Origin: a virus | Lineage: Duplodnaviria > Heunggongvirae > Uroviricota > Caudoviricetes | Strand: one strand, 5' to 3' | Virus record (IMG/VR): IMGVR_UViG_3300043447_000086 | DNA: 64,000 nucleotides | In this document: positions 28,521-37,680 of the stretch, piece by piece | How the letters are laid out: the number at the start of each line of letters is the position of its first letter | Numbering within the stretch: the stretch's first letter is position 1 | Notes under the pieces: model-generated | Told to the model about the DNA's origin: nothing | The model's input: the letters and a program-made list of their open reading frames with translations, nothing else | Database searches by the model: none | Position numbers and translations under genes: made by a program

Positions 28521-28806
28521 AATCGCACTTAGTCCAGAGATCACCATCCTCCACAAACTGATTGCTCTGGATGTTGGACATATCTTTTATCGGTGTGGGC
28601 AGTTCTACATCAGTGTGATTGTTGATGCGCCATCGAGATTCTTCGCCCGTATCAGTGCTGTATGCCCACTCACGCTTGACTTCGGACATAGTCTGCTTCT
28701 GGTATAGGGGCATTGGTCTGCTGTTACCGCATGAGCGTGAACAATACTCGCCACGCTTGTTATGCTTGGTGCCACACTTAGGACATTCTTTTTCTTTGTA
28801 CGCCAT
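28519..28806 (-). CDS. Zn-ribbon hypothetical protein
   Basis: CPKCG...YCSRSCGN. Confidence 0.7.
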   Translation of the reverse strand: MAYKEKECPKCGTKHNKRGEYCSRSCGNSRPMPLYQKQTMSEVKREWAYSTDTGEESRWRINNHTDVELPTPIKDMSNIQSNQFVEDGDLWTKCD

Positions 28807-28861
28807 TGTTCTGCTTCATTATCTCTAAAACACCTTATTTAGCCGACTACGAGAACCACGC

Positions 28862-29134
28862 CTAAATAAGCACCACCACACCCAATAGCATCAATCCTAT
28901 TCCTATCCAGTCTCGTAACTCTAGTGTTACACCAGTTAGAGCAGCAAATACTGTACTACATACAATATAGATTCCTCCATAGATCACATAGGCTCGGGCT
29001 GGCTCATAAGGTTGTAGACTTAAAGTCCACGCAAATCCTATTAGTGCTAGACTAGAGATTAGATAGTTGCCTCGAGACCAGTAGTAGCATCCTGCGATCT
29101 CTAGTACTGCAGACAGGATGTAGTAGTGGATCAT
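28862..29134 (-). CDS. YnfA/UPF0060 (SMR-like) small membrane protein
   Basis: LEIAGCY..W, ARAYVIYGGIYI, RDWIG. Confidence 0.75.
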   Translation of the reverse strand: MIHYYILSAVLEIAGCYYWSRGNYLISSLALIGFAWTLSLQPYEPARAYVIYGGIYIVCSTVFAALTGVTLELRDWIGIGLMLLGVVVLI

Positions 29135-29316
29135 TCTTCCTCGTCTTCCTGTAGTTCAGACAAGATATCTTCTCTAGTCTTACCTGCATCTATATCAGTC
29201 TTTAGTGCATTACACAACCAGATAATGGATCGTAAGTCACTTTCACCTTGTTCTCTCATCCATCTGGCACGTTTTAGTACGATATCCAGTGCATCTTGGG
29301 CAGTTAACTTATTCAT
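29131..29316 (-). CDS. Hypothetical protein
   Basis: ATGA overlaps. Confidence 0.6.
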   Translation of the reverse strand: MNKLTAQDALDIVLKRARWMREQGESDLRSIIWLCNALKTDIDAGKTREDILSELQEDEEE

Positions 29317-29606
29317 TTTGCTACGAATCCTCTAGTATGTACGGGAGTAGACTTAGATAGTGGTAGATGGGAATAGGTTCCATCGTCTTCTCCCATAACC
29401 ATAGCTCTACCAATACCACGTAAACCCAGCTGGTTCTCTAGACGATAGACCAAGATTGTATCGATACGGACTGGTTCTGAGACATCATCTACCTTGAGTA
29501 TTGAACGTTTGTATTCTCCACCGTCTTCCCATGCGTAGTCTAGTGAGATTGAATCTCCAGGTTGTAGGTACACGGGGTGGATTTTGTGTGCTTTTATGAA
29601 TTGCAT
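29313..29606 (-). CDS. Hypothetical protein
   Basis: Operon overlap. Confidence 0.6.
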   Translation of the reverse strand: MQFIKAHKIHPVYLQPGDSISLDYAWEDGGEYKRSILKVDDVSEPVRIDTILVYRLENQLGLRGIGRAMVMGEDDGTYSHLPLSKSTPVHTRGFVAK

Positions 29607-29769
29607 AGTTGCTGTAAGGCTTGGATCAGTGGTGGGATTGTACGAACATCAAATCTCATCTCTATTGGACTTCCTAGGTGGTCATAGTCGTGGATCTGTA
29701 CGTACGCTAGACGATCGTCTTTGCGTAAGGTTAGATATGGACTTCCATCGGGTTTTTCGATTACAATCT

Positions 29770-29961
29770 TCATTCTGTAAACCTGCTGTAGATTCGATTG
29801 GCTATGATTGTTCCTGGACCACTAAGTTTTGGATAGTCGAACTCTTGGGCGATTACCAGACACTCACGCATGATTAGGTGTGCGTATCGTTCTTTGGAAA
29901 AGATCAGTTCACCATCATACTCTACTAGGCTCTCTACTGCAAGTTTTTCTAAGTCTATCAT
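29770..29961 (-). CDS. Hypothetical protein
   Basis: ERYAHLIMREC motif common in small phage ORFs. Confidence 0.6.
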   Translation of the reverse strand: MIDLEKLAVESLVEYDGELIFSKERYAHLIMRECLVIAQEFDYPKLSGPGTIIANRIYSRFTE

Positions 29962-30266
29962 ACGTTGTTTAATCCTATTCTAGAGTAGCCCAGTCGTCTC
30001 TTGGTGTCTCGGCGGTCTCTGTTATCTTCTGGTCGCCATGCACGGGGATCAACTGTTTCACCAGTTAGCACATAACGGAAGTCTGGGTCATAAACCATAC
30101 GACCGCCCATATTCCACAGTGGTTCACCGTTATATGGAAAAATACAACCACGGCACATACACCAACTCCAGCCCCTATCTGTCATTACATTGCCATTTAC
30201 AGTTCCAACGTATTTGACCACATTACCCTTGTGCATCTGTCGGATAGCTTCGTGATAGTCTATCAT
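29958..30266 (-). CDS. Hypothetical protein
   Basis: ATGA overlaps. Confidence 0.6.
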   Translation of the reverse strand: MIDYHEAIRQMHKGNVVKYVGTVNGNVMTDRGWSWCMCRGCIFPYNGEPLWNMGGRMVYDPDFRYVLTGETVDPRAWRPEDNRDRRDTKRRLGYSRIGLNNV

Positions 30267-30760
30267 AGCAATCCTGCTTCGGTTTGTGGTGGAGCAGGTG
30301 GTAGGGCATCGGAGTATCGATACACGTATTCGGGTTCCTTGGGTTTGGTGTACGGAAAGGTCACTGGTACACGAGACCCACCGCTGGTGTAGTAAGACTT
30401 CACAGCTTCACCTTCAAATTCTTGCCACTCCCAAAACACTCGACCATCGATATCGTACACGTCGCCGTCTGGATCTTTAAAAACAGATGAACAACGCTTG
30501 TTTTGTTTGGTGTAACCATGATCAACCCACTCCCAGTCTTCACCAGTTAGTGGGACGATTGGCTCAAACTTTGCAAGACGATTGAATAAGTTTAAGGCAT
30601 AGGGTGCGGTTGTGCCAGAGTGACCATGAGCACTGAATAGGTTTAATAACTCCAATAATTGCTTGCAGATTAGTTCCTGCATTTCATCGTTGAACTTACC
30701 GTTCTCATCCATCCAGCCAGCTGCACGGAATTCTGTTAGCGCATGTGATTCTAAACTCAT
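30263..30760 (-). CDS. Conserved phage hypothetical protein
   Basis: FSAHGHSG, PLTGEDWEW, QNKRCSSVFK. Confidence 0.75.
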   Translation of the reverse strand: MSLESHALTEFRAAGWMDENGKFNDEMQELICKQLLELLNLFSAHGHSGTTAPYALNLFNRLAKFEPIVPLTGEDWEWVDHGYTKQNKRCSSVFKDPDGDVYDIDGRVFWEWQEFEGEAVKSYYTSGGSRVPVTFPYTKPKEPEYVYRYSDALPPAPPQTEAGLL

Positions 30761-31077
30761 ACTATATCCTTACTGGGACGCCAATTGTCCCACTCATTTA
30801 CTTTTTGTACCTGCCAACCATGGCTAGTACCACGGATTCCATCGTCATATTGTAGTTCTACATTACCCCAGTGGGATTCTGGACCATCGTAGTGTAGCAC
30901 CTGTCGAATAACTGTAGCGTTTTGCTTCATTGGGTGCACATACACTCGATCTCCAGTATGGAATTTCGGACCACGACCATCCGAGTCGATGTCACAGCAG
31001 CAAGACTCGTACTCTGGAGCATCGGCGTCGATCTCCATAAAATCCCACTCCTTACAGTAGTGTTTATAGTTCGGCAT
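30757..31077 (-). CDS. Hypothetical protein (SH3-like C-terminus)
   Basis: HYCKEWDFMEID; FHTGDRVYV. Confidence 0.65.
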   Translation of the reverse strand: MPNYKHYCKEWDFMEIDADAPEYESCCCDIDSDGRGPKFHTGDRVYVHPMKQNATVIRQVLHYDGPESHWGNVELQYDDGIRGTSHGWQVQKVNEWDNWRPSKDIV

Positions 31078-31258
31078 CTTTTCTTTCCATTATCTTACGA
31101 TAGGCTTCTTGTGATTTTAAGAATTGCTCAGACTGCAGACTAGCTTCTTGGTATCCACCACTGTCTATCTTGTCGATCCATTTCGGTAGGATTCTGGCTT
31201 CTTCGTCGATATGATCGGCTAGATGTTGAGCCGCTTCAAGTGTTAGACGGGGTTCCAC
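31064..31258 (-). CDS. Hypothetical protein
   Basis: Operon overlap. Confidence 0.5.
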   Translation of the reverse strand: MEPRLTLEAAQHLADHIDEEARILPKWIDKIDSGGYQEASLQSEQFLKSQEAYRKIMERKDAEL

Positions 31259-31532
31259 ACCATACTCCTCCTAGTCCAGTTGGACACTGCGGTTGTGAAC
31301 ATACATAACCCATTACACCTTCCATCTTTAGCCCACACTTTGAGCAGTGGTTAGGCGCTGCGATTGGTGGATTGATAGTTGGCCACATGGGTTGTGCGGG
31401 CAGTTGTGGTCTATCGCCCATACTAGCTAACTTGTCCATTAGCTTACGGTTCATCTCCATAGACTGAACCAGCATCTTATCCAAGTGCTCGATTCGATCC
31501 TGCAAGAATTTAATCATTTCTTCGTTTGTCAT
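31236..31532 (-). CDS. Hypothetical protein with Cys motifs
   Basis: CSKCG...YVCSQPQCP. Confidence 0.65.
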   Translation of the reverse strand: MTNEEMIKFLQDRIEHLDKMLVQSMEMNRKLMDKLASMGDRPQLPAQPMWPTINPPIAAPNHCSKCGLKMEGVMGYVCSQPQCPTGLGGVWCGTPSNT

Positions 31533-31541
31533 TATCTTCTC

Positions 31542-31808
31542 TTATACGTTTAGTGCTCTCATAGCTCCAATGATGCGCTCATGGCACATACGAGCAGCAT
31601 GCAATGGAGTGGGTTGATTGAACTCACTTGCCACATCGAATTTTGTACCCTTTGTGTTTGTATTCATTTCCACAGTACAGTACCAACCACCATCGTGATA
31701 AGAAACACGTGGTCTACCGTAGCGCACAAGATACAACATTAGCTCTTCCAAGGGCATCTGTTCAATTTTGGTAGCGTCAGATACCTCAGGCTTCTTTACT
31801 AACCACAT
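31542..31808 (-). CDS. Hypothetical protein
   Basis: Operon position. Confidence 0.6.
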   Translation of the reverse strand: MWLVKKPEVSDATKIEQMPLEELMLYLVRYGRPRVSYHDGGWYCTVEMNTNTKGTKFDVASEFNQPTPLHAARMCHERIIGAMRALNV

Positions 31809-32025
31809 CTTTATTTCCCCATTGATCTGTTTCTACTGCCCAGTGGACTACGATCCAATCGTCAATTGCAGTCTGTGGATCCTCCAACAGATATGCACGA
31901 TCTGCTTGGACTACCTTTAGCACCCAGTTACGATACCATGCGCTCTGTAGAATTTGTTCTGTAGACCACGTCTCCTGAACATGCTGTCCGCACTCACCTG
32001 GAAATGCAATAGTGTAATACTTCAT
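31786..32025 (-). CDS. Hypothetical protein
   Basis: DDWIVVHWA motif. Confidence 0.6.
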   Translation of the reverse strand: MKYYTIAFPGECGQHVQETWSTEQILQSAWYRNWVLKVVQADRAYLLEDPQTAIDDWIVVHWAVETDQWGNKDVVSKEA

Positions 32026-32405
32026 GTTGCCACCGTCATCATCATAAGTCGTTTAAGGATTTCTCTATCGATATCGTTAGCCAGTTGATTTGATGCGATA
32101 GCGACTGCCTTCGCATGCGTCATATTACCATTCACTTCATGAGCTAGATCACGCAGCTTATCGTTCTTGTACTCACTCTGAATCAAGAGCAGATTAACGA
32201 TCTCGATGATATCATGGCGATTTCTCCAAGTACCAACGAACACTCCATGCGGATTACGGTATCCACGCAGCTTATCCTCGCCACTAACATAACAATAGTC
32301 AGTCCTACGTGGGATCTCGCCAGCAGCTGCTCGTTTCATCATATCTTGGTCGATCCAGTAAGCTGCCTGACGATTATCTCCTGCAATAACAAAAATCTTA
32401 TTCAT
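32022..32405 (-). CDS. Hypothetical protein
   Basis: ATGA overlaps. Confidence 0.6.
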   Translation of the reverse strand: MNKIFVIAGDNRQAAYWIDQDMMKRAAAGEIPRRTDYCYVSGEDKLRGYRNPHGVFVGTWRNRHDIIEIVNLLLIQSEYKNDKLRDLAHEVNGNMTHAKAVAIASNQLANDIDREILKRLMMMTVAT

Positions 32406-32701
32406 ACAATCTTATTGGCTAATCGTAGGATCTTTACTTGGTCGTTTGGTGCGAGATAAGCTCGAACTGCAATATGTTTCGTGAAGTTAATAGGATCATC
32501 GTACTGAGTAAACTCTACTAGGTTATTCTCGAGCATATACTGAGCCATATCCATAATGAGTTTCGTTTTGACTTCCTTCTTAAAGTCAATGTCACTTCTC
32601 ATCTGCGCTGCAAATGTCTGGTCCATCGACGCACGACCAACAACCATCTTTCCACCGATGATATACTCATGGACTTTAAAATCTGGTTCCTGCTGAAACA
32701 T
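32402..32701 (-). CDS. Hypothetical protein
   Basis: Operon overlaps. Confidence 0.6.
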   Translation of the reverse strand: MFQQEPDFKVHEYIIGGKMVVGRASMDQTFAAQMRSDIDFKKEVKTKLIMDMAQYMLENNLVEFTQYDDPINFTKHIAVRAYLAPNDQVKILRLANKIV

Positions 32702-32916
32702 TACCAGCTGCTCTCGTCTACAATATCTTTTGTTACAGTAACGACATGTCCATTGACGGTAGCACCGATAATGCTAGCCTTAATAATCGCACCAATACCA
32801 CTGGATGTATCGCTAGTAACTTCTACTACATTACGATCTGGAAATGCCTCCAAGAATTGCAGTATAGTCTGCAGATCGTCCTTGTGTAAGTAAATTGAAT
32901 CAATCTTGTTCGTCAT
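32701..32916 (-). CDS. Hypothetical protein
   Basis: DTSSGIG...DIVDESSW. Confidence 0.65.
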   Translation of the reverse strand: MTNKIDSIYLHKDDLQTILQFLEAFPDRNVVEVTSDTSSGIGAIIKASIIGATVNGHVVTVTKDIVDESSW

Positions 32917-32994
32917 CTGGATTACACTGTGTTAGTGTCCATAGAAATAAACCAACCAGCAGAGCCAGTACAATTAACATAATCGCAACAAACA

Positions 32995-33189
32995 TCACTT
33001 CTCCTTGTCTTCTATATTGTACCAATACTCATAAGAGTCATTGACACCAAAACCATCTTCCTGTTTGGCGTGTTCTTCACAGAAAGGATGATCACCAGCA
33101 AACTGAGTAGAACGAACCCACACAGCAGGACGACCACAAACTATACATTCTTCATTGTGCGTACCAGATTTCATTAAATCCCTCTTCAA
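32995..33189 (-). CDS. Small Cys-containing protein (start uncertain)
   Basis: CIVCG..A.WVRSTQFAGDHPFC. Confidence 0.55.
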   Translation of the reverse strand: MKRDLMKSGTHNEECIVCGRPAVWVRSTQFAGDHPFCEEHAKQEDGFGVNDSYEYWYNIEDKEK

Positions 33190-33622
33190 GCGTTGGTGGC
33201 TCTGCTTCTAGTTGTTGAGCCATATTTGATACAATTTCCCATGGGATATCTTTTCCTGGGCGAGAAGCAAGACGTTGTTGTAACATAGATGTTGGTGGAG
33301 TTTTCATAACAACTGCAATCTTGTAGTACTCTGGCAACATACGAATCTTTTTCGCACGAGTTGCAACAGTGGTGCTTGTTTGATCCCAGATAATATCTTT
33401 CTTGTTAGCCTGACAGATCAGTGCTTGGTTCGCCATCAATTTAACGGCGATAGGCATATACTCTTGGAATACTTCAGAGTAAGTTTTACCTTGTTCCTTG
33501 GCATATTCCTCGACGAATCTGTCGGTGGATACAACTGGGATATCTTTAGCCCACACTTGGTTCTTAATCCAAGTGGACTTACCAGATGCAGGAACACCAA
33601 CCATAACGTACAAGTAATTCAT
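33152..33622 (-). CDS. P-loop kinase (AAA_33 / polynucleotide-kinase-like)
   Basis: GVPASGKST, STD, IWDQT. Confidence 0.8.
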   Translation of the reverse strand: MNYLYVMVGVPASGKSTWIKNQVWAKDIPVVSTDRFVEEYAKEQGKTYSEVFQEYMPIAVKLMANQALICQANKKDIIWDQTSTTVATRAKKIRMLPEYYKIAVVMKTPPTSMLQQRLASRPGKDIPWEIVSNMAQQLEAEPPTLEEGFNEIWYAQ

Positions 33623-33804
33623 AGTATATCTTTATTCTTAAAAACTCGATAACAGATAATTGGATGACGAACAATCGTCCACAAAATTATGAAAGGCGCA
33701 AGTAGAATCGCACATACCATAATGAACTTGGGATTGTCCAATATGGATGTGCGATGTGGGCAATCTCTGCCTTGCCTGCAGTTATCATTACAACACTTCA
33801 TCAC
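33619..33804 (-). CDS. Small membrane protein
   Basis: CNDNCRQGRDCP plus TM segment. Confidence 0.55.
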   Translation of the reverse strand: MMKCCNDNCRQGRDCPHRTSILDNPKFIMVCAILLAPFIILWTIVRHPIICYRVFKNKDIL

Positions 33805-33820
33805 AATCTCCTTTAGGTAT

Positions 33821-33849
33821 ATTATACACTAAAGAATCTTGCAAGACAA
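33821..33849 (-). promoter_or_regulatory. Sigma70 promoter
   Basis: TTGTCT-17-TATAAT. Confidence 0.75.
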
Positions 33850-34353
33850 TCACTTATTTTGGGGTGTAAACACTGGGTCTAGTGGTTCTACTTTTAGTTT
33901 ATCAAATACTAATTGAAATTGCGGTACTGGTAGCGTATGTGGATCGACTTCTTGCTGGATATTGTAAGCAATAGTGATATGAGACTTGTATTCATCATAA
34001 TCGCTTGTTGCGCCTTCTTTTGCTAACTGTGAATTTAATCTAGTTGCATATGGACACGCAACACGCATCACTAAACATTTTCCATCGTGATTTGTAGGAA
34101 ATATTTCATAACCAGTTACCATTGCCTCGACTGGAAGAGTAGTATTCATATGTAAGTAATTCTCTGCTGATGGAACAGGTGTTCGAGAATAGATTACAGT
34201 AATGTGGAATGTAGATGGATCAACTCGTTCAGTCAATCCAAGATTCATTTCCACGTAATGATCGAGAAGTTTTCTAGACTCCTCGCTCATTTCTAGGGAT
34301 ACGTATGTGCCGTCTTTATGTTTGGCGTATTGACTCAGTGTTGCCAGTTTCAT
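33850..34353 (-). CDS. 2H phosphoesterase, T4 57B / Acb1 (anti-CBASS nuclease)-like
   Basis: GTYVS N-terminus; two HxT motifs (FHITVIYSR, SHITIAY). Confidence 0.75.
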   Translation of the reverse strand: MKLATLSQYAKHKDGTYVSLEMSEESRKLLDHYVEMNLGLTERVDPSTFHITVIYSRTPVPSAENYLHMNTTLPVEAMVTGYEIFPTNHDGKCLVMRVACPYATRLNSQLAKEGATSDYDEYKSHITIAYNIQQEVDPHTLPVPQFQLVFDKLKVEPLDPVFTPQNK

Positions 34354-34630
34354 TTTCTACCTTTAAACCATTACTATGTTTGTCTCTTAGTACTTCTACT
34401 TCTTGTAGTTGTCTTTGTTCCTGAACCGTTAGTTCCTTTAACGTCTTTCTTGGGTTTCCGCACATCAGACACTTTGGATTCCCGCAGTTTGCTGGGCTGT
34501 GCTTTGCGAACCGATGGGGTTGTTTTTCGTTTAGTCCCAGCACTTGCTTTGCTATCTTTACTTGCTTCTTTACGTAGCTTTCTTTTTGGTGGATTCTCTT
34601 GCTGTGCTTTTCTTTGCTTTCTTGGTCCAT
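34316..34630 (-). CDS. Conserved basic hypothetical protein
   Basis: KHSKRIHQK...CGNPKCLMCGNPRK. Confidence 0.65.
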   Translation of the reverse strand: MDQESKEKHSKRIHQKESYVKKQVKIAKQVLGLNEKQPHRFAKHSPANCGNPKCLMCGNPRKTLKELTVQEQRQLQEVEVLRDKHSNGLKVENETGNTESIRQT

Positions 34631-34826
34631 TAGAGTTCTCCTTTTCATCAGCGTAATACTCATTATACTCTTTCTCAGTCACTTCTCTGTAGGAGATTTT
34701 CTCTACATATTGTAGTGACTCAGAAAACCGTATTTGCGATTTCAAATTATAATTTCGGCAGGGGACTATGTGGGTGAAACCACCCTTCCACTTAAGGGTT
34801 AGAAAATAATACATTGTTGTTACCAC
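34374..34826 (-). CDS. Hypothetical protein overlapping the previous ORF in another frame
   Basis: Begins behind TTGACA-17-TATACT (34836-34864). Confidence 0.45.
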   Translation of the reverse strand: MVTTMYYFLTLKWKGGFTHIVPCRNYNLKSQIRFSESLQYVEKISYREVTEKEYNEYYADEKENSNGPRKQRKAQQENPPKRKLRKEASKDSKASAGTKRKTTPSVRKAQPSKLRESKVSDVRKPKKDVKGTNGSGTKTTTRSRSTKRQT

Positions 34827-34860
34827 CTATCAAGTAGTATACATCAATTTAATAACTCTG

Positions 34861-35661
34861 TCAAATTTTAACTGGTTCAATAAAAAACTTACGAACAACC
34901 CATCCTGCTAAGTCAAACTCTCCAGGATTGAATGCTTGATCGTATTTGGTCATGTCTTTATGGTGATTGTTGTGCAACCCCTCGCCACCAAGATAGTAAT
35001 GCAACCACTTGTTGTTGTAGCTTTTATCGTCTGTGTCATATGTTCGATAGCTTCCTGGAAATTTCCAGTGAGAAACAAAGTTAACACCAAAGCTGTTGAA
35101 CATTGCCATACCCACAGGCATCAATACAAAGAAAACAGTGAACTGCCAACCAAACAATAACGCAGTGACAGCGCACAAAGCTGCCCAGATTTTGTAGTAA
35201 TGTGTATCAACGAAACGAATTTCTTTATCACGCAGCAAGTCTTTGGGAATTGTTTTAACACCCTTGGTCTGCAACCACCAGTCTTTCGGCATAATTTGCC
35301 AACGGAACAAGCTGAGACTTACTGACTCATATGGGCTGTGGATATCGTTTGGCTTTTCAGTGTATTTGTGATGGTGTCTGTGGTGAGTCGCCCATGCGAT
35401 TGGGCTTCCTTCGCCACCAAGAATAGAGAAATACAGTAAAAATCTACGCTTCCACGGTGTTGTTTCAAAAGAACGATGAGTGAAGTAACGATGAAGCGAA
35501 ATTTGATTGGCGAAGAATGTACAGATTCTAGACCAGACGTAAGCTGCTAGCAGCGTCCCCCACATTTCGTAGTAGATACAGTAGCCAAATGTAAAGAATA
35601 ATGCAGCCCAGCCAGCGAAGTAGAGTACTCGGTAACGGTAGATTTGATGTGATAAGTCCAT
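34861..35661 (-). CDS. Fatty-acid (acyl-CoA) desaturase 3
   Basis: His boxes HRYFTH, HRHHH, HNNHH; start re-called at MDLSH. Confidence 0.9.
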   Translation of the reverse strand: MDLSHQIYRYRVLYFAGWAALFFTFGYCIYYEMWGTLLAAYVWSRICTFFANQISLHRYFTHRSFETTPWKRRFLLYFSILGGEGSPIAWATHHRHHHKYTEKPNDIHSPYESVSLSLFRWQIMPKDWWLQTKGVKTIPKDLLRDKEIRFVDTHYYKIWAALCAVTALLFGWQFTVFFVLMPVGMAMFNSFGVNFVSHWKFPGSYRTYDTDDKSYNNKWLHYYLGGEGLHNNHHKDMTKYDQAFNPGEFDLAGWVVRKFFIEPVKI

Positions 35662-35704
35662 GCTATTTTCCAAAGTGAATGTTAATTTTCGTCTGATATT
35701 TATG

Positions 35705-36493
35705 TCACCACGTGTACTGTCGTTCGGGATCTTTCTCGATAAACAGTTTGTCAATCAACCATGCAGCTGTATCAAATTCGTCTGCTTTGATGGCTTGATT
35801 GTACAAACTTGGTTTGGCATGGTGGTTGTTATGTAGTTCTCCTATCATATAGGAAACCAGCTTGTTGTTTTGACTATCATCTTTTGTTTCGAAGTTACGA
35901 TAGTTCCCAAACCACCATGGCACATGTGATGACCACGTAAAGTGAAAACTGTTAAGCATGTTATATGCAACAGGCATTAAGATAAAGTAGATTGTTATTC
36001 TCCAGTCAATCAGACTGGTCAGTACAACAACCAAAAGAAACAACTTGTAATAGTGTTCATGCATCCACTTGACAGTTTTATCTCGATATAAGTCTTTGGG
36101 AATTCTATTTACTTGTTTGTCTTGATAAAATTTGTGGTTGTATGCACCAAATAGAATCCAACTGTGAAAAAATCCATGCTTTGGACTATGTGTATCAAGT
36201 TCTGTGTCAGAGTGCACGTGGTGGTGTCGATGCATTGTTCCGTAAGTAAGTGGACTTCCAACTCCAGGAATCATACTCAGTGCGAGTAAAATCTTATGTT
36301 TGATGGGAGTTGTACGGAATGCACGATGAGAGAAGTAACGATGCATTGCCACACTCAAACCAAGATGTGCAACAACTACAAAGTTATAAACGATTGATGC
36401 TGCAAGCCACCAGATGGTAGTAGTCGCAGCATAAAAGATACCTATACCGAGCGCAAGAAACCCAGATAGAAGTAGAACTCTATATTTCCACAT
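35705..36493 (-). CDS. Fatty-acid desaturase 2
   Basis: HRYFSH, HRHHH, HNNHH. Confidence 0.9.
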   Translation of the reverse strand: MWKYRVLLLSGFLALGIGIFYAATTTIWWLAASIVYNFVVVAHLGLSVAMHRYFSHRAFRTTPIKHKILLALSMIPGVGSPLTYGTMHRHHHVHSDTELDTHSPKHGFFHSWILFGAYNHKFYQDKQVNRIPKDLYRDKTVKWMHEHYYKLFLLVVVLTSLIDWRITIYFILMPVAYNMLNSFHFTWSSHVPWWFGNYRNFETKDDSQNNKLVSYMIGELHNNHHAKPSLYNQAIKADEFDTAAWLIDKLFIEKDPERQYTW

Positions 36494-37266
36494 TAACGAA
36501 CATTAATCTTAGTGGCAAGCAAGGGAATAATCCACTTACCGACATCCAACTCATACCAAGCATGGCTGTCGTGGAATCTACCTGGAATTGCATGATGGTT
36601 GTTTTGAAGAACACTTGAACCTTGCCAAGTAATCCAACTCATCCAAACAATGTTTCTGCTGTTATCGTCAGTATTGAATCTGCGAGTGCCGTATGTATGC
36701 GCAAAGGCGTTTGTTACAGCAGCAAAACAGAAACAGATGAGTCCACCAAGACCTATTGTGAATAACATCAGCTTGATATTAATCAATCCAAGAACGATAG
36801 CGGTAGCCCACCAGATTTTTATGATATTTTGCTCAAGCCAAACATAGTAACGTTGCGCAAGTAAACTTTTACAGATCATTAGCGGTAACTTATGTTCTTT
36901 CATATACCAACCGAAACACGCATGTAAAAATCCGTGTTTTGGACTGTGGCTATCACCCTCTTTATCAGAGTGTGCGTGATGTAATCCGATGTGAGTTGCA
37001 CGATAACCGATTGGTCCACCGAAACCGCCTAGCAGTGCAAAGTAAGAAAAGATCTTACCAAGAATAGGTTTACACTCAAACGCTTTGTGAGAGAAGTGGC
37101 GGTGAAGAAAGATTCCTTCGCCTACGACATAGGAAAGAAACCAGAATAAGAATGTGGCGAATAGCCAGTACCACTGCTGTGTAGAAAATAAGACTGCAAG
37201 CGCTGTGAACCCCATTAATATCTGTGGGATTTGAACCTTGAAGAAGTGGCTACGGTGTGTGACCAT
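36493..37266 (-). CDS. Fatty-acid desaturase 1
   Basis: HRHFSH, HIGLHH, QNNHH. Confidence 0.88.
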   Translation of the reverse strand: MVTHRSHFFKVQIPQILMGFTALAVLFSTQQWYWLFATFLFWFLSYVVGEGIFLHRHFSHKAFECKPILGKIFSYFALLGGFGGPIGYRATHIGLHHAHSDKEGDSHSPKHGFLHACFGWYMKEHKLPLMICKSLLAQRYYVWLEQNIIKIWWATAIVLGLINIKLMLFTIGLGGLICFCFAAVTNAFAHTYGTRRFNTDDNSRNIVWMSWITWQGSSVLQNNHHAIPGRFHDSHAWYELDVGKWIIPLLATKINVR

Positions 37267-37294
37267 GATTTATCCTATATTTGTATAATAATTC

Positions 37295-37302
37295 TATTTA
37301 TA
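37295..37302 (-). promoter_or_regulatory. T4 late promoter upstream of the desaturases
   Basis: TATAAATA. Confidence 0.65.
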
Positions 37303-37315
37303 CAGGAAGAAATAA

Positions 37316-37391
37316 TGGAGCGGGCAAAGAGACTCGAACTCTCGACATCTTCCTTGGCAAGGAAGTGCTCTACCAACTGAGCTATACCCGC
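37316..37391 (-). tRNA. tRNA-Gly(GCC)
   Basis: Cloverleaf; loop TTGCCAA; encoded CCA. Confidence 0.95.
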
Positions 37392-37408
37392 ATAATTCTA
37401 TTTATGCC

Positions 37409-37556
37409 ATAATTAAGTGCATTCCCAAACGATTGTCAATGTCGTCTGTAAGTATTATTGTGTTACCACGAGCCTCGCTCTGCAGTGCTATCTCGTTCTG
37501 GCACAACTTTTCGAGGAACCTGAAACCCCGCAAAAGACAGAAACACACTTAATTAT
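37409..37556 (-). ncRNA. Candidate structured RNA with long closing stem
   Basis: ATAATTAAGTG...CACTTAATTAT terminal inverted repeat. Confidence 0.45.
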
Positions 37557-37680
37557 AGTGACTGGTGATTACGCACACCAGTCAATGCGCCCGTCCCCAA
37601 GCGACTAGGGTTTTCCTAAATAGGTGTAGGTCACGAGATTGCCGTCTCTACCTACTCTAACATAAAAGGACTATGCCAGC

